From NCBI GenBank assembly GCA_001768325.1, contig MENQ01000004.1:14058-78057 (forward strand): a stretch of 64,000 nucleotides of DNA. The letters are read 5' to 3'. Below are positions 16,298-28,507 of this stretch, one piece after another. The notes below the pieces were generated by a model. The model was not told the DNA's origin. It searched no databases and saw nothing but the letters and a program-made list of their open reading frames with translations. How positions within the stretch are numbered: the first letter of the stretch is position 1; each line of letters starts with the position of its first letter. The translations under genes were made by a program, and so were the position numbers. Source of the DNA: Bacteroidetes bacterium GWC2_46_850 (GTDB lineage Bacteria; Bacteroidota; Bacteroidia; Bacteroidales; Dysgonomonadaceae).

Positions 16298-18886
16298 ATG
16301 AATTTCAATAACTTTACCATCAAGGCGCAGGAAGCGGTACAGAAGGCCATTGAGATTGCGCAGGGAAATAAGCAGCAGATGATTGAGCCGGCTCACCTGT
16401 TGAAAGGGGTGATGCAGGTGGGCGAGAACGTGACCAGCTTCCTGTTTCAGAAGCTGGGTGTAAATGCATCGAATCTGGAAAAGGTGGTCGACGGCGAAAT
16501 CGAATCCTATCCACGTGTGTCGGGCGGTGAACCTATGCTGAGCAGGGAGACCAATGCCGTTTTCCAAAAAGCAACGGATCTTACCGGTAAGATGGGCGAT
16601 CAGTTTGTCTCCATCGAACATCTGCTGTTGGCCCTGGTGCAGGAGAACAACAATGCTTCCCGCATGATGCGCGATGCCGGTATCACACCGGCTGAGCTGC
16701 AAAAGGCCATCGATGAACTGCGAAAAGGGGAGAAGGTGACCAGTCAGACGGCGGAAGATACCTACCAGGCACTGGGCAAGTACGCTGTAAATCTGATTGA
16801 GCGTGCCCGCAGCGGCAAACTGGATCCGGTCATCGGTCGCGACGAGGAGATACGCCGCGTATTGCAGATACTGAGCCGGCGCACGAAAAACAACCCGATC
16901 CTGATCGGAGAACCGGGAACCGGTAAGACCGCCATCGCCGAAGGACTGGCACACCGCATCGTGCGGGGTGACGTGCCGGAGAACCTGCGCAGCAAACAGC
17001 TTTTTTCACTCGACATGGGTGCGCTGATTGCCGGAGCCAAATACAAAGGTGAATTTGAGGAACGACTGAAATCGGTGGTCAACGAAGTGGTAAAGGCGGA
17101 GGGAGAGATCATCCTCTTCATCGACGAGATTCATACGCTGGTGGGCGCCGGCAAGAGCGAGGGTGCAATGGATGCTGCCAACATCCTGAAACCAGCCCTG
17201 GCAAGGGGTGAACTGCGTGCCATCGGGGCGACCACACTCGATGAATACCAGAAGTATTTTGAAAAGGATAAAGCGCTGGAAAGACGATTTCAGATGGTGA
17301 TGGTGGAGGAACCCAATGAGTCGGACAGCATCTCCATCCTGCGTGGACTGAAAGAACGGTACGAGAATCACCACAAGGTGCGCATCATGGATGAGGCGAT
17401 CATCGCGGCGGTGCAGCTGTCGCATCGATACATCACTGATCGGTTTCTGCCCGATAAGGCCATCGACCTGATGGATGAGGCTGCTGCCAAGTTGCGTATG
17501 GAGGTAGACTCTGTTCCGGAGGAGCTGGATGAGATCATGCGGCGCGTGAAGCAGCTTGAGATTGAGCGGGAGGCCATAAAACGTGAGAATGACCAGCCGA
17601 AAGTGGAGCTGCTGACCCGTCAGATTGAGGACCTGAAAGCGGAGGAGGCCGACTACAAGGCAAAGTGGCAATCGGAGAAGGAGTTGATCAACCAGATTCA
17701 GCAAAATAAAATAGAGATAGAGGACGCGAAGTTCGAAGCGGACCGGGCCGAACGGGAGGGCGACTACGGAAAGGTGGCCGAACTACGTTACGGCAGGATC
17801 AAAGAGATGGAGAACACGATTGAGGCGCTGCAGAAGGAGTTGCATGTGCGTCAGGGTACCCGCGCCATGATCAAGGAGGAGGTGGATGCTGAGGATATTG
17901 CCGATGTGGTGTCACGCTGGACTGGTATTCCTGTGAGCAAGATGCTCCAGAGCGAGCGGCAGAAGTTGCTTCATCTGGAGGAGGAACTGCACAAGCGCGT
18001 AGTCGGACAGGATGAGGCCATCACGGCAGTCTCCGACGCGGTGAGGCGCAACCGGGCGGGATTGAGTGACCCGAAGCGGCCGATTGGTTCTTTTATCTTT
18101 CTGGGTACCACGGGTGTCGGAAAGACCGAACTGGCCAAAGCCCTTGCGGAGTACCTGTTTGATGATGAAAATATGATGACCCGCATCGACATGAGCGAGT
18201 ATCAGGAAAAGTTCAGTGCCACCCGACTGATTGGCGCCCCTCCGGGATATGTGGGGTACGATGAGGGAGGTCAGCTTACAGAGGCAATACGGCGCAAACC
18301 CTATTCGGTGGTACTGTTCGACGAGATTGAAAAAGCACATCCCGATGTGTTCAACATCCTGCTGCAGGTGCTGGACGACGGAAGGCTGACCGATAACAAG
18401 GGAAGGGTGGTGAACTTCAAGAATACAATCATCATCATGACCTCAAACCTGGGATCGAACATGATTCGGGAGAACTTTGAAAAAATTACACCCACGAACA
18501 GGGAAGAAATCATTGAGAAAACGAAGAACCTGGTGATGGATATGTTGAAAAAGACGATCCGCCCTGAGTTTCTGAACCGGATAGACGACATCATCATGTT
18601 TTCTCCGCTGAAAGAATCGGAGATTGAACAGATCGTCCGCATACAACTTGAGGGTGTACGGAAGATGCTGGCTGAAAACGGCATCGAACTGCAATTTACG
18701 GAAGAAGCATTGAAGAGCATTTCGGTGGCAGGTTTTGATCCCGAGTTTGGGGCTCGTCCCGTGAAGCGGGTTATTCAGAATAAGGTGCTGAACCAGTTGT
18801 CGAAAGATCTGCTCGGAGGTACGCTCGATAAAACAAGACCGATCTCCATCGATGCGATCGACGACACCATCTTCTTTCGCAACTGA
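16298..18886 (+). CDS. clpB: ATP-dependent chaperone ClpB
   Basis: 862 aa with two AAA+ modules ([15 protein letters not shown] and [15 protein letters not shown]), a long coiled-coil middle domain and a Clp N-domain. Confidence 0.97.
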   Translation: MNFNNFTIKAQEAVQKAIEIAQGNKQQMIEPAHLLKGVMQVGENVTSFLFQKLGVNASNLEKVVDGEIESYPRVSGGEPMLSRETNAVFQKATDLTGKMGDQFVSIEHLLLALVQENNNASRMMRDAGITPAELQKAIDELRKGEKVTSQTAEDTYQALGKYAVNLIERARSGKLDPVIGRDEEIRRVLQILSRRTKNNPILIGEPGTGKTAIAEGLAHRIVRGDVPENLRSKQLFSLDMGALIAGAKYKGEFEERLKSVVNEVVKAEGEIILFIDEIHTLVGAGKSEGAMDAANILKPALARGELRAIGATTLDEYQKYFEKDKALERRFQMVMVEEPNESDSISILRGLKERYENHHKVRIMDEAIIAAVQLSHRYITDRFLPDKAIDLMDEAAAKLRMEVDSVPEELDEIMRRVKQLEIEREAIKRENDQPKVELLTRQIEDLKAEEADYKAKWQSEKELINQIQQNKIEIEDAKFEADRAEREGDYGKVAELRYGRIKEMENTIEALQKELHVRQGTRAMIKEEVDAEDIADVVSRWTGIPVSKMLQSERQKLLHLEEELHKRVVGQDEAITAVSDAVRRNRAGLSDPKRPIGSFIFLGTTGVGKTELAKALAEYLFDDENMMTRIDMSEYQEKFSATRLIGAPPGYVGYDEGGQLTEAIRRKPYSVVLFDEIEKAHPDVFNILLQVLDDGRLTDNKGRVVNFKNTIIIMTSNLGSNMIRENFEKITPTNREEIIEKTKNLVMDMLKKTIRPEFLNRIDDIIMFSPLKESEIEQIVRIQLEGVRKMLAENGIELQFTEEALKSISVAGFDPEFGARPVKRVIQNKVLNQLSKDLLGGTLDKTRPISIDAIDDTIFFRN

Positions 18887-18900
18887 CCGTTGCCCACCAA

Positions 18901-18960
18901 CTTCGGAACCGCTGCCCTTGGCAACATTCCATTACCGGAGCTGACTCCTGACTCCTGACC
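18901..18960 (-). repeat. intergenic repeat family, copy D
   Basis: The reverse complement reads GGTCAGGAGTCAGGAGTCAGCTCCGGTAATGGAATGTTGCCAAGGGCAGCGGTTCCGAAG. It lies in the 80-nt spacer between convergent clpB and trkH, is oriented with trkH, and starts 6 nt after the trkH stop. Confidence 0.7.
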
Positions 18961-18966
18961 TCTTCT

Positions 18967-20433
18967 TCACCTCTTCCAGAAGCTGGGGACGAAGAGTGAA
19001 AGGATGGTGAACACCTCGAGGCGGCCGACCAGCATGAGGAAGCAAAGATAATATTTGGCGAAGACTGAAGCCGACTCATAGGTGCCGCTGGGGCCATAGG
19101 ATCCCAATCCGAAGCCGTAGCTGCTGATGGAGGAGATGGAAACGCCGATGGACTCGTCGAAAGACATGCCGGTGAAGCTTAGCACCACCGCACTGAAAGC
19201 AGCCAGTGAAAGATAGAGAAAGACGAATGCCAGAATCTTCGAAGAGGTGTTGTCGCTGATGACCTTGCCATTCATCTTCACGCGGTAGAGTGCATTGGGA
19301 TGTACCTGCTTTTTAAATACCAGCAGCGTATTCTTTGTGAGTACTACCAGACGCGATACTTTCATTCCTCCCGAAGTGGAACCTTCACAACCACAAAAGA
19401 GGATCATCGCCAGAAACAGAAGCCAATAAACCTCTCCCCACATCTGATAGTCTGCTGTGGCATATCCGGTGGTGGTGACTGCTGCCACCACCTGAAAAAG
19501 TGCCATACGGAAAGTATATTCCACATCGTTCATCTTCCCGGAAGAGAGCAGCATTGCCGAGATACCGAGTGTAAAAATCAGGATGATGGAGACGTACCAG
19601 CGGAACTCTTCCTCCTGGAAGGTTCTGAGGCGAAAACGGGTGAAGAAAGTGTAAAGCAGCATAAAGTTGGTTCCGCCGAAAAACATAAGCGCCGTTATCA
19701 CATACTCAGTGTACGCTGAATCAAAATAGGAAATGCTGGCCTGTTTGGTGGAGAAGCCTCCCGTAGAAATAGCAGAGAGCGTGTGACAGGCTGCATCAAA
19801 TGCATCCATGGGACCTGCCCAGAGAAAGAAAAAACCGACAATGGTCAGTGCGATATAGGTCAGTGCCATGTTTGCGGTGATCACGCTGATGCGTGGACGC
19901 ACCATATCTTCTGATATACCTGTAGCCTCGGCATCGAAGAATTGTCCCGAATTCCCTCCAAATACAGGCACAAACGACATGACAAAGATGATGATGCCAA
20001 TGCCGCCGATCCACTGTGTAAAGCTACGCCAGAAATGGAGGGACCGGGGAAAAGCTTCGATGTTGAGCAAGGTGGAGCTGCCTGTGGTGGTAAAACCGCA
20101 GATGGATTCGAAAAAGGCATTGGTGAATGAGGGGATGGCGCCGCTGAGCAGGAAGGGGAGCGTTCCGTAGAGTGCCATCATGATCCACGCGGTAGTAACG
20201 GTGAGATAAACTTCCCGTTTGGTGATATGCCCCGACGTGGCTTCATTTCTCCTTCCCAGAAACAGGAATAATGCCCCGGAGATAAATGTAATGACGCCCG
20301 AAAGATAAATGCCTCGAACGGCATGTTCATGAAAATATTCACCCACCAATGCAGAAAATAACATAAAGATCGCTTCAATCAGCAGCAGAATTCCAATGCT
20401 GCTCAGTACAATCCGATAGTTAAATTTCCGCAT
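18967..20433 (-). CDS. trkH: TrkH-family potassium uptake membrane subunit
   Basis: 488 aa polytopic protein with repeated selectivity-filter-like segments (TTTGSS, ISTGGFS, TTTGYAT, STSGGMK). It lies downstream of trkA. Confidence 0.9.
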   Translation of the reverse strand: MRKFNYRIVLSSIGILLLIEAIFMLFSALVGEYFHEHAVRGIYLSGVITFISGALFLFLGRRNEATSGHITKREVYLTVTTAWIMMALYGTLPFLLSGAIPSFTNAFFESICGFTTTGSSTLLNIEAFPRSLHFWRSFTQWIGGIGIIIFVMSFVPVFGGNSGQFFDAEATGISEDMVRPRISVITANMALTYIALTIVGFFFLWAGPMDAFDAACHTLSAISTGGFSTKQASISYFDSAYTEYVITALMFFGGTNFMLLYTFFTRFRLRTFQEEEFRWYVSIILIFTLGISAMLLSSGKMNDVEYTFRMALFQVVAAVTTTGYATADYQMWGEVYWLLFLAMILFCGCEGSTSGGMKVSRLVVLTKNTLLVFKKQVHPNALYRVKMNGKVISDNTSSKILAFVFLYLSLAAFSAVVLSFTGMSFDESIGVSISSISSYGFGLGSYGPSGTYESASVFAKYYLCFLMLVGRLEVFTILSLFVPSFWKR

Positions 20434-20495
20434 GTTTCATCCCTTTATGCCACGGCTATTAAATGGCTGTTATACGATGAGGTGACGCTTTTCTG

Positions 20496-21833
20496 TCAAT
20501 TAAACATTTTCTCGATGCTTTTCAGTGATTTATTCAGGAAGAAAACCACCACCTGGTCATAGGGCTCAATCAGCGTGTCACCGTCGATGAGCATCGGCTC
20601 TCCGTTTCTGATGAGTGCTCCGAAAGTAATATCCGGCGGCAGGTCGAGGTTCTTGATCAATTTCTTGGTGACCCGCGAGTTGGGTTTGGCAATGACCTCT
20701 CCCACGTTGGCGTCGGCAAAGGTGAGACTCTTGATGTTGGAGGCGTCTGCCTTCAGCAGCAGTTCATATATTTTGCTGGCTGAGATCAGTTTTTTGTTGA
20801 TGACGGTACCAATATCGAAGCGTTCTGCCATCGATATATAGTCGATATTTTCCACTTCGGCCACTGTTTTCTTTACACCGTAGCGCTTGGCCATCATACA
20901 TCCCAGAATGTTGGCTTCAGAATTATCGGTCAGTGCCAGAAAGGCATCGGCATCGGCGATCCCTTCCCGTACGAGAAACTCGGCATTGCGCCCATCTTCC
21001 ACAAAAATGGTCACATTGGGTGGCACCAACTCAACCAGTTTTTCTGCACGCTCCCTGTCTTGTTCGATGATCTTGACGTTGATACTTTGGGGAAGCTGTT
21101 GGATCGTGCGCATGGTGATGCGACTGCCTCCCATGATGATGATGCGTTTGGTTTCAAACGATTTTTTTCCGAGTAACTCCGGCAATACCTGTACATGCTT
21201 GCGCATTGTTGTGAAGTAAAGGATGTCGTTTGCCAGCACCTGATCGCTACCTTTGGGTATTAGCGTATGTGTATCCCTTTTGATGGCCACCAGGTGAAAC
21301 TGTTTGTTCTCCTGCGTTAACTCGTGCAGATATTTGTTGACGATGGGGGCGTTTTCCCGCACTTTGGCGCCGACAAGGATCACAGTTCCGTTACAAAGCT
21401 CCCACCAAAAACGGGTCCAGGGCGTTTTAAGCGCCATCGCGATCTCGCGGGCAGCGCTCAGCTCGGGATAGATCATGGAATGAATACCCAGCTTCTCAAA
21501 AAAATCCGTATTTTTGGGTAGCAAGTATTCATAGTTATCGATGCGGGCGAGCGTTTTCTTTGCACCCAGATTGGTCGCGAGCATGCAGGATGTGATGTTT
21601 CTGGATTCCTCCGGTGTTACACCGATGTATAGGTCGGTATTGCTTACTCCTGCTTCGGTCAGATCCTTCAGGGAAGTACAGTTTCCAATATAAGTGAGAA
21701 TATCGGTGTTATCGCGCGTGATGGCCAGTCGTTCCCTGTCGCCATCCATGAGCGTTATCTCGTGATCTTCCTGTCCCAGAAGTTTAGCGAGGTGTGTTCC
21801 AACGGCGCCGGCACCGGCAATTAAAATCTTCAT
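20496..21833 (-). CDS. trkA: Trk system NAD-binding subunit TrkA
   Basis: 445 aa with two RCK/Rossmann halves (MKILIAGAGAVGTHLA and RIIIMGGSRITMRT). Confidence 0.9.
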   Translation of the reverse strand: MKILIAGAGAVGTHLAKLLGQEDHEITLMDGDRERLAITRDNTDILTYIGNCTSLKDLTEAGVSNTDLYIGVTPEESRNITSCMLATNLGAKKTLARIDNYEYLLPKNTDFFEKLGIHSMIYPELSAAREIAMALKTPWTRFWWELCNGTVILVGAKVRENAPIVNKYLHELTQENKQFHLVAIKRDTHTLIPKGSDQVLANDILYFTTMRKHVQVLPELLGKKSFETKRIIIMGGSRITMRTIQQLPQSINVKIIEQDRERAEKLVELVPPNVTIFVEDGRNAEFLVREGIADADAFLALTDNSEANILGCMMAKRYGVKKTVAEVENIDYISMAERFDIGTVINKKLISASKIYELLLKADASNIKSLTFADANVGEVIAKPNSRVTKKLIKNLDLPPDITFGALIRNGEPMLIDGDTLIEPYDQVVVFFLNKSLKSIEKMFN

Positions 21834-21861
21834 CGAAGTGGATATTGGTTATTTCTTTCTG

Positions 21862-23823
21862 TTAACGGTTGTGTATGAGTTCTATGGGATTGACGGGGTC
21901 GGGTGTAGATTCAGCATCGGTTTGATCGTTTCTGATGGAATGATACTGTTTGACAATTTGACGCAGGATACCCTCTTCGTCGATTTCGGCTATCTGTTGC
22001 AACTCCTTGATTGATCCGTGGGTGATAAATTCATCCGGAATGCCGATGCGATGTACCTGAACGTCTGTGAAATGATTCTCTCCCAGAAACTCAAGGACAG
22101 CACTCCCCAGTCCCCCCTTGATCACGCCATTCTCAACCGTGATGATCTGTTTGAATTTTGTGGCTACTTTCCTGAGCAAATCCTCATCTATCGGCTTCAG
22201 AAAAACCATGTCGTAATGAGCGACACTGATTCCCATTTTCTCTGCCTCTGCAATGGCTTTTGCTGCATTGTTGCCAATGGCGCCGATGCTGAGCAGGGCC
22301 ATATCTTTTCCCTTTTTCAGTTTTCTGCCTTTACCAATGGTAAGGAGATGGGGTTCGTTTTTCCATTCGCTTAGTTCTCCCTGTCCACGGGGATATCGGA
22401 TAACAAAGGGACCCTCGTTCCCATAGGCGGCGGTGAACATCAGGTTGCGCAACTCATGCTCATTAAAAGGTGCGGAAATCACCAGATTGGGGATTGGTCG
22501 CAGGTAGGCCAGGTCGAATACACCATGGTGCGTGGGTCCGTCGGGACCTACCAGTCCTGCCCTGTCGAGGCACATGATTACCTTCGACTTTTGAAGTGCC
22601 ACATCATGAATCACCTGGTCATAGGCACGCTGCATAAAGGAAGAATATATATTACAAAAGGGAATGAGTCCCTCTTTTGCCATGCCGGCGGAGAAGGTGA
22701 CAGCATGTGCTTCGGCAATACCCACATCGAACGCCCTGTTGGGAAATGCTTCCATCATGTAGGTCATGGAACAGCCCGTAGGCATGGCCGGTGTGACGCC
22801 CACTATTTTGTCGTTTTGTCCGGCCATCTCCACCAGGGTATGTCCGAACACATCCTGGTAGGGTAACGGTTGATTCTTCTGATCTTTCAGGATTCGCTCG
22901 CCGGTATCTTTGTTGAATAAACCCGGAGCATGCCAGATGGTGGCAGATTTTTCTGCCGGTTTATATCCTTTGCCCTTTACGGTTTTGATGTGGAGCAACC
23001 GGGGTCCCTCCATGTTCCTGATGTTGCGGAGGATACGGATCAATCCCGGCAGATCGTGGCCGTCTACCGGACCAAAATAACGGATGTTGAACCCCTCAAA
23101 GAGATTTTGTTCCTTGGTGATGAGTGCTTTCATGCTGTTGTTAAAACGAAGCACGATATTTTTCTCTTCTTCCGTAATCAGGTTACGCCGTTTGAAACCC
23201 TGATAAAGGGAATTCCGAAAACGGTTGTACTTGAAAGATGTAGTCAGCTTCACCAGATAATCCTGCATGCCTCCCACGTTGTTGTCGATGGACATGTTGT
23301 TGTCGTTCAGGATGATGAGTAGGTTGTTGGGCTGTGAACATGCGTTGTTGAGCCCTTCATAGGCCAATCCACCTGTCATGGACCCGTCGCCGATGACTGC
23401 CACCACATGACGATCTTTCTCTTGGTTGATTGTGGCTGCCACAGCCATGCCCAGCGCTGCAGAGATGGAGGTGGAGGCGTGGCCCGCAATAAAAGTGTCA
23501 TATTCACTCTCGGCGGGATTGGTGAATCCAGAAAGACCGCCCAGCTTGCGGTTGGTGGGAAAACGATCGCGTCGCCCCGTGAGTATCTTGTGGCTGTATG
23601 CCTGATGCCCTACGTCCCACACGATGCGGTCGTAAGGAGTATTGTAAAGATAATGCAGCGCCACAGTCAACTCCACCGTCCCCAGGCTTGAACCAAAATG
23701 TCCGGGGTTGTGGGAGAGCTGCTCAATGATAAATTCTCGTAGTTCGTCACACACGGCCTCAAGCTGCTCGATGCTGAGCTTCTTCAGGTCGTCTGGACTA
23801 TTAATCTCTTGTAAATATTGCAT
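21862..23823 (-). CDS. dxs: 1-deoxy-D-xylulose-5-phosphate synthase
   Basis: 653 aa with the [14 protein letters not shown] motif, the ThDP motif [16 protein letters not shown] and a transketolase-like C-terminus. Confidence 0.95.
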   Translation of the reverse strand: MQYLQEINSPDDLKKLSIEQLEAVCDELREFIIEQLSHNPGHFGSSLGTVELTVALHYLYNTPYDRIVWDVGHQAYSHKILTGRRDRFPTNRKLGGLSGFTNPAESEYDTFIAGHASTSISAALGMAVAATINQEKDRHVVAVIGDGSMTGGLAYEGLNNACSQPNNLLIILNDNNMSIDNNVGGMQDYLVKLTTSFKYNRFRNSLYQGFKRRNLITEEEKNIVLRFNNSMKALITKEQNLFEGFNIRYFGPVDGHDLPGLIRILRNIRNMEGPRLLHIKTVKGKGYKPAEKSATIWHAPGLFNKDTGERILKDQKNQPLPYQDVFGHTLVEMAGQNDKIVGVTPAMPTGCSMTYMMEAFPNRAFDVGIAEAHAVTFSAGMAKEGLIPFCNIYSSFMQRAYDQVIHDVALQKSKVIMCLDRAGLVGPDGPTHHGVFDLAYLRPIPNLVISAPFNEHELRNLMFTAAYGNEGPFVIRYPRGQGELSEWKNEPHLLTIGKGRKLKKGKDMALLSIGAIGNNAAKAIAEAEKMGISVAHYDMVFLKPIDEDLLRKVATKFKQIITVENGVIKGGLGSAVLEFLGENHFTDVQVHRIGIPDEFITHGSIKELQQIAEIDEEGILRQIVKQYHSIRNDQTDAESTPDPVNPIELIHNR

Positions 23824-23876
23824 ATTGAACCCCCTTGTCCATGTATAACGACAGCGGTGTAAAATAGTTTATCCCA

Positions 23877-26075
23877 TTAATTCGCCATGTCGGAGAAAAA
23901 CTTGATGCGCACCATCCTGATTTCGGTATCGGTATAGTCGGAAAGCTCTTCCTGCGCCTTTTCCAGATCGTCGGTTTCGGTTTCCTTGAAGTAGGAGTAA
24001 ATGTCTTGTATCACATCCTGATCCATCACTTCATTGAGGAAATAATCGATGTTGATCTTTGTACCCGAATAAACAATGGCTTCAACCTCCGACAGCATTT
24101 CATTGAAATCGATGCCTTTCGATTCAGCCAGATCGTCGAGTGCCACTTTGCGGTCAATGGCCTGTACAATGGAAACCTTGAGCTTCGATTTGTTGGCGAC
24201 AGTCTTCACGCGCAGATCCTCCGGGCGGGTGATGTCGTTCTCCTCTACATGCTTCTTGATCAGTTCCACGAATTCTTTGCCGTACCGCTTTGCTTTACCT
24301 GCTCCCACACCGGGGATATTCTGCAGTTCATCCAGCGTGATGGGGTAGGAAGTAGCCATTGCCTCAAGCGAGGAGGGCTGAAAAATAACGTAGGGAGGAA
24401 CATTCAATTTTTTTGAGATCTTTTTCCGGAGATCTTTCATCATGGAGAAGAGCACCGGATCTGCTGCGCCACCACTTCCGGCAGATGCAATAACATCTGA
24501 ATCATCACTTTCCAAATCGGACATATCGTCTTCATCTTCATCATCTTTGGTGACTTTGAATGAGACGGGATTTTTTAAAAATTCTTTTCCTTTCTTGGTA
24601 ATTTTGAGGATGCCGTAATTCTCGATGTCCTTTCTCAGGTAGTTGTCGAGTAAAGCCTGACGTATAAGGGCTTCCCAGGTGCTTGCTTCTTCATCAGCAC
24701 CCGACCCAAACTCTTCCAGTTTGTTGTGTCCGTATGTTTCTATATCGGATGACTCTTTTCCGACGAGGAAATCGACCAGGTAATCGGCTTTTTGTTTTTC
24801 TTTTAAAGCAATAATTGCTTCTAACAGAGTAATGAGTAATTCTTTCGCTTCCACTTTTTTCTTTGGATTTAAACAATTATCACAGTGTGCACAGTTCGGT
24901 TCGTGGTAATCTTCACCGAAATAGTGCAACAATACTTTTCTGCGGCATACAGATGTCTCTGCATATGCAGCTGTCTCCAGCAACAGCTGTTTGCCTATTT
25001 CCTGTTCGGATACGGGTTTACCCTGCATGAAACGTTCCAGTTTCTGCAGGTCCTTCTCGGAGTAGAAGGCAATGCATCGGCCTTCTCCTCCGTCGCGGCC
25101 GGCGCGGCCTGTTTCCTGATAGTATCCTTCCAGGCTTTTGGGTATATCGTAATGAATGACGTATCGTACATCGGGTTTGTCGATTCCCATCCCGAAAGCG
25201 ATGGTGGCGACAATCACATCTGCTTTCTCCATCAGGAAGGCGTCCTGGTTGTTGCTCCGGTTGGCGGCATCCATGCCGGCGTGGTATGGTAACGCCCTGA
25301 TGTTATTGGCTTGCAGTATTTCGGCAAAGTCATCCACCTTCTTGCGGCTCAGACAGTAGACGATGCCTGATTTGCGTCCCTGCGAGAGGATGAATCTGAT
25401 GATCTCGCGATCGATCTGGTCTGTTTTATTTTTAACCTCGTAATGAAGATTGGGTCGATTGAAGGATGATTTGTATACAACCGCCTCGTTCATGCCGAGA
25501 TTTTTCTGTATATCGTGTTGTACCTTGGGCGTGGCTGTAGCAGTCAGTGCGATGATGGGGCGCGGGCAGATCTCCGAGATAATGGGTCTGATGCGACGAT
25601 ATTCCGGTCGGAAATCGTGACCCCATTCAGAAATACAATGAGCCTCGTCAACCGCGTAGAACGAGATTTTAATGTTGCGCAGAAACTCGATATTTTCCTG
25701 TTTTGTGAGTGATTCGGGAGCCACATACAGCATTTTCGTCTTCGCTGAAACCACATCTTTCTTTACCTCCTCGATCTCCTGCTTGCTGAGTGATGAGTTG
25801 AGAAAGTGGGCGATACCATCTTCTTCGCTGTAATTGCGCATGGCATCCACCTGGTTCTTCATCAGTGCGATTAACGGAGAGATGATGATGGCAGTACCCT
25901 CCGACAGTAGGGCGGGAAGCTGATAACAGAGTGATTTCCCGCCGCCGGTGGGCATCAGTACAAAAGTATCCTTTCCGGATAAGATACTTTGCATAATGGC
26001 TTCCTGATTGCCTTTAAACGTATCGAATCCGAAATATTTCTTTAACCCTTTGTATAGATGATCTTGTTCTTTCAT
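23877..26075 (-). CDS. recQ: ATP-dependent DNA helicase RecQ
   Basis: Motifs seen: MPTGGGKSLCYQLPA, DEAH box (AVDEAHCISEWGHDFRPEY), Zn-binding CRRKVLLHYFGE...C..CDNC, and an HRDC-like C-terminus. The track start at 26096 is a TTG, so I prefer ATG 26075 (MKEQDHLYKGLKKYFG). Confidence 0.93.
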   Translation of the reverse strand: MKEQDHLYKGLKKYFGFDTFKGNQEAIMQSILSGKDTFVLMPTGGGKSLCYQLPALLSEGTAIIISPLIALMKNQVDAMRNYSEEDGIAHFLNSSLSKQEIEEVKKDVVSAKTKMLYVAPESLTKQENIEFLRNIKISFYAVDEAHCISEWGHDFRPEYRRIRPIISEICPRPIIALTATATPKVQHDIQKNLGMNEAVVYKSSFNRPNLHYEVKNKTDQIDREIIRFILSQGRKSGIVYCLSRKKVDDFAEILQANNIRALPYHAGMDAANRSNNQDAFLMEKADVIVATIAFGMGIDKPDVRYVIHYDIPKSLEGYYQETGRAGRDGGEGRCIAFYSEKDLQKLERFMQGKPVSEQEIGKQLLLETAAYAETSVCRRKVLLHYFGEDYHEPNCAHCDNCLNPKKKVEAKELLITLLEAIIALKEKQKADYLVDFLVGKESSDIETYGHNKLEEFGSGADEEASTWEALIRQALLDNYLRKDIENYGILKITKKGKEFLKNPVSFKVTKDDEDEDDMSDLESDDSDVIASAGSGGAADPVLFSMMKDLRKKISKKLNVPPYVIFQPSSLEAMATSYPITLDELQNIPGVGAGKAKRYGKEFVELIKKHVEENDITRPEDLRVKTVANKSKLKVSIVQAIDRKVALDDLAESKGIDFNEMLSEVEAIVYSGTKINIDYFLNEVMDQDVIQDIYSYFKETETDDLEKAQEELSDYTDTEIRMVRIKFFSDMAN

Positions 26076-26348
26076 TCTGCAAATGCCCCGCGGCAAAAGT
26101 CGTCACCGAAAGGCTGACACAAAATTAGAAAAGTATTTCATATTTCCAAGCATAAAACCACGTTTGTAAATGTGTCGCCCGCACCTTCCCGGTAATAAAT
26201 TCCCCAAACCCTGTAACCGGGCAGATAAATTTACATCCAAGATAGCTGATTAATATTATCCTTGCAAATAAATTTGTAGAAAGTCCGTTTTTTTTTCTCT
26301 GAAAAATCGTATTAAAAAAACGCAGGGTATACATGCGTTTTCAATAAA

Positions 26349-26376
26349 CCGCCGGACGATTTTCAGTGACCGGCGG
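26349..26376 (-). terminator. GC-rich hairpin downstream of clpX (CCGCCGG-N14-CCGGCGG) flanked by A/T runs
   Basis: Perfect 7-bp GC stem. On the minus strand it is followed by TTTATTG, and on the plus strand by ATTTTTTTA. It sits 24 nt after the clpX stop. Confidence 0.5.
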
Positions 26377-26399
26377 ATTTTTTTATGGCAGAGCGGAAA

Positions 26400-27641
26400 T
26401 CAGGCTACCCGCAAGTGGTGAAGATCAGAATTTTCCAATTGATGTGTAGCGTACTCACGCGTCACATGCAATTTCTTCTTCTCTTCGGAGGGGAGCGTGA
26501 ACATGGCATCGATCATGATGGCTTCCACAATGGAACGTAATCCACGTGCTCCCAGCTTGAATTCAATGGCTTTATCCACGATATATTCATAGGTTCCCTG
26601 ATCGAACGTGAGTGTCACGCCATCCATTTCAAACAACTTCTGATATTGTTTGACGATGGAGTTCTTCGGTTCTGTCAGTATGCGCAACAAAGCATCCCTG
26701 TCCAGTGGCTCCAGGTAGGTGAGGATGGGAAGTCGACCGATGATCTCCGGAATCAGTCCGAACGATTTCAGGTCGAGGGGAGTGATATATTTCAACAGGT
26801 TACTCCGGTCGATGTTGGCCTTATCGCTGCTGGCTGCATATCCCACCACACGCGTGTTGAGGCGTTGTGCTATTTTTTTCTCAATGCCGTCGAATGCACC
26901 GCCGCAGATAAACAAAATGTTCTTGGTGTTGACGGCGATCATGCGTTGTTCGGGATGCTTGCGACCACCCTGGGGTGGCACGTTGACCACTGAACCTTCC
27001 AGCAGTTTTAGCAAACCCTGTTGCACACCCTCGCCACTTACGTCGCGGGTGATTGAGGGATTGTCGCTCTTGCGGGCTATCTTGTCGATCTCATCGATAA
27101 ATACGATGCCTCTTTCGGCCGCATTCACGTCGTAGTCGGCAACCTGCAGCAACCGGGTGAGGATGCTTTCAATATCTTCTCCCACGTACCCTGCCTCGGT
27201 GAGCACGGTGGCGTCCACAATGGTGAAGGGAACATGCAACATCTTGGCAATGGTACGGGCCAGCAACGTTTTACCGGTGCCTGTGGAGCCCACCATGATG
27301 ATGTTCGATTTCTCTATTTCAACCTCATCTTTTACTGTTTTCTGCAGAATACGTTTATAGTGATTGTAGACCGAGACCGATAAGAAACGTTTGGCATTGT
27401 CCTGCTTGATCACATACTGATCCAGAAATTCCTTGATTTGTGCCGGCTTGGGCAACGTTGCAAGGGAAATACCGGGATCTGTCTTGGAGTTGCTTTTGAA
27501 GGTGTCATTCACGATTTCGTGAGCCTGTTCGGCACACATGTCGCAGATATAACCGGTCATGCCCGATATCAACAGGTTGACTTCCTGTTCACTTCTTCCG
27601 CAAAAACTGCAGTGATTGCTACTATTCGCTTTTTTTGCCAT
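26400..27641 (-). CDS. clpX: ATP-dependent Clp protease ATP-binding subunit ClpX
   Basis: 413 aa with the N-terminal zinc ribbon CSFCGR...CDMC and the Walker A motif [15 protein letters not shown]. Confidence 0.97.
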   Translation of the reverse strand: MAKKANSSNHCSFCGRSEQEVNLLISGMTGYICDMCAEQAHEIVNDTFKSNSKTDPGISLATLPKPAQIKEFLDQYVIKQDNAKRFLSVSVYNHYKRILQKTVKDEVEIEKSNIIMVGSTGTGKTLLARTIAKMLHVPFTIVDATVLTEAGYVGEDIESILTRLLQVADYDVNAAERGIVFIDEIDKIARKSDNPSITRDVSGEGVQQGLLKLLEGSVVNVPPQGGRKHPEQRMIAVNTKNILFICGGAFDGIEKKIAQRLNTRVVGYAASSDKANIDRSNLLKYITPLDLKSFGLIPEIIGRLPILTYLEPLDRDALLRILTEPKNSIVKQYQKLFEMDGVTLTFDQGTYEYIVDKAIEFKLGARGLRSIVEAIMIDAMFTLPSEEKKKLHVTREYATHQLENSDLHHLRVA

Positions 27642-27653
27642 CCTCTGTTGATT

Positions 27654-28328
27654 TTATCCCTTTCTGGTCAAGACATCATCCACCATCCCGTATTCTTTGG
27701 CTTCGGATGCAGTCATCCAGAAGTCGCGGTCTGAGTCGCGTGCCACCTCTTCAATGGGCTTACCCGAATGTTTGGAAATGATGGTGTATAGTTCCTGTTT
27801 TATCTTGGCGATCTCGCGGGCGGTTATCTCAATATCGGAAGCTTGCCCCTGTACACCGCCCAGCGGCTGATGTATCATCACGCGGGAGTGGGTGAGGGCG
27901 TAACGTTTCTTTTCGGAACCTGCAACCAGCAGGACGGCTGCCATGGAGGCGGCAATGCCGGTACAGATGGTGGATACGTTGCTTGAGATGAACTGCATTG
28001 TATCGTATATGCCCAGTCCTGCATATACTGATCCTCCGGGGGAGTTGATGTAGATGGAGATATCCTTGCCGGGATCAGCTGAGTCGAGATAAAGCAGCTG
28101 TGCCTGAATGACGTTGGCCGCATAGTCATCGATGGCGGTACCGAGGAAGATGATGCGGTCCATCATCAACCTTGAAAAAACATCCATTTGGGCCACGTTG
28201 AGCTGACGTTCCTCGATGATCGTCGGAGAGATATAGCCTCCCTGACTGGTGATGTTCATGTAACTATCAAGCCTGCCGCCGCTCATACCCAGATGCTTTA
28301 CCGCATATTTTCTAAAATCGTCTTTCAT
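27654..28328 (-). CDS. clpP: ATP-dependent Clp protease proteolytic subunit ClpP
   Basis: 224 aa with catalytic-triad context (GIAASMAAVLL ... MIHQPLGG). Confidence 0.97.
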   Translation of the reverse strand: MKDDFRKYAVKHLGMSGGRLDSYMNITSQGGYISPTIIEERQLNVAQMDVFSRLMMDRIIFLGTAIDDYAANVIQAQLLYLDSADPGKDISIYINSPGGSVYAGLGIYDTMQFISSNVSTICTGIAASMAAVLLVAGSEKKRYALTHSRVMIHQPLGGVQGQASDIEITAREIAKIKQELYTIISKHSGKPIEEVARDSDRDFWMTASEAKEYGMVDDVLTRKG

Positions 28329-28507
28329 ACGATGATAATTTAATCAATTGTTGTTTCTTTATTTGTCAAAAGAGGTTATTGCAAATAAAGTGCCAAGATT
28401 ACACGCAGGCATTGATGCTGCAGAATTAATTCATAAAACAAAATTATAACGAATTGTTGAATTACAAAATAAAATCCTGAAAAACAGTCTTTTTTTGCCT
28501 GAACAGA

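Noticed and set aside
26097-26348. ~300-nt spacer between clpX and recQ, with a 69-aa ORF (26125..26334) and a small AACGCA...TGCGTT hairpin
   Set aside because: The ORF is hydrophobic and low-complexity without recognisable features. The region most simply holds the clpX terminator and the recQ promoter. There is nothing further to support.
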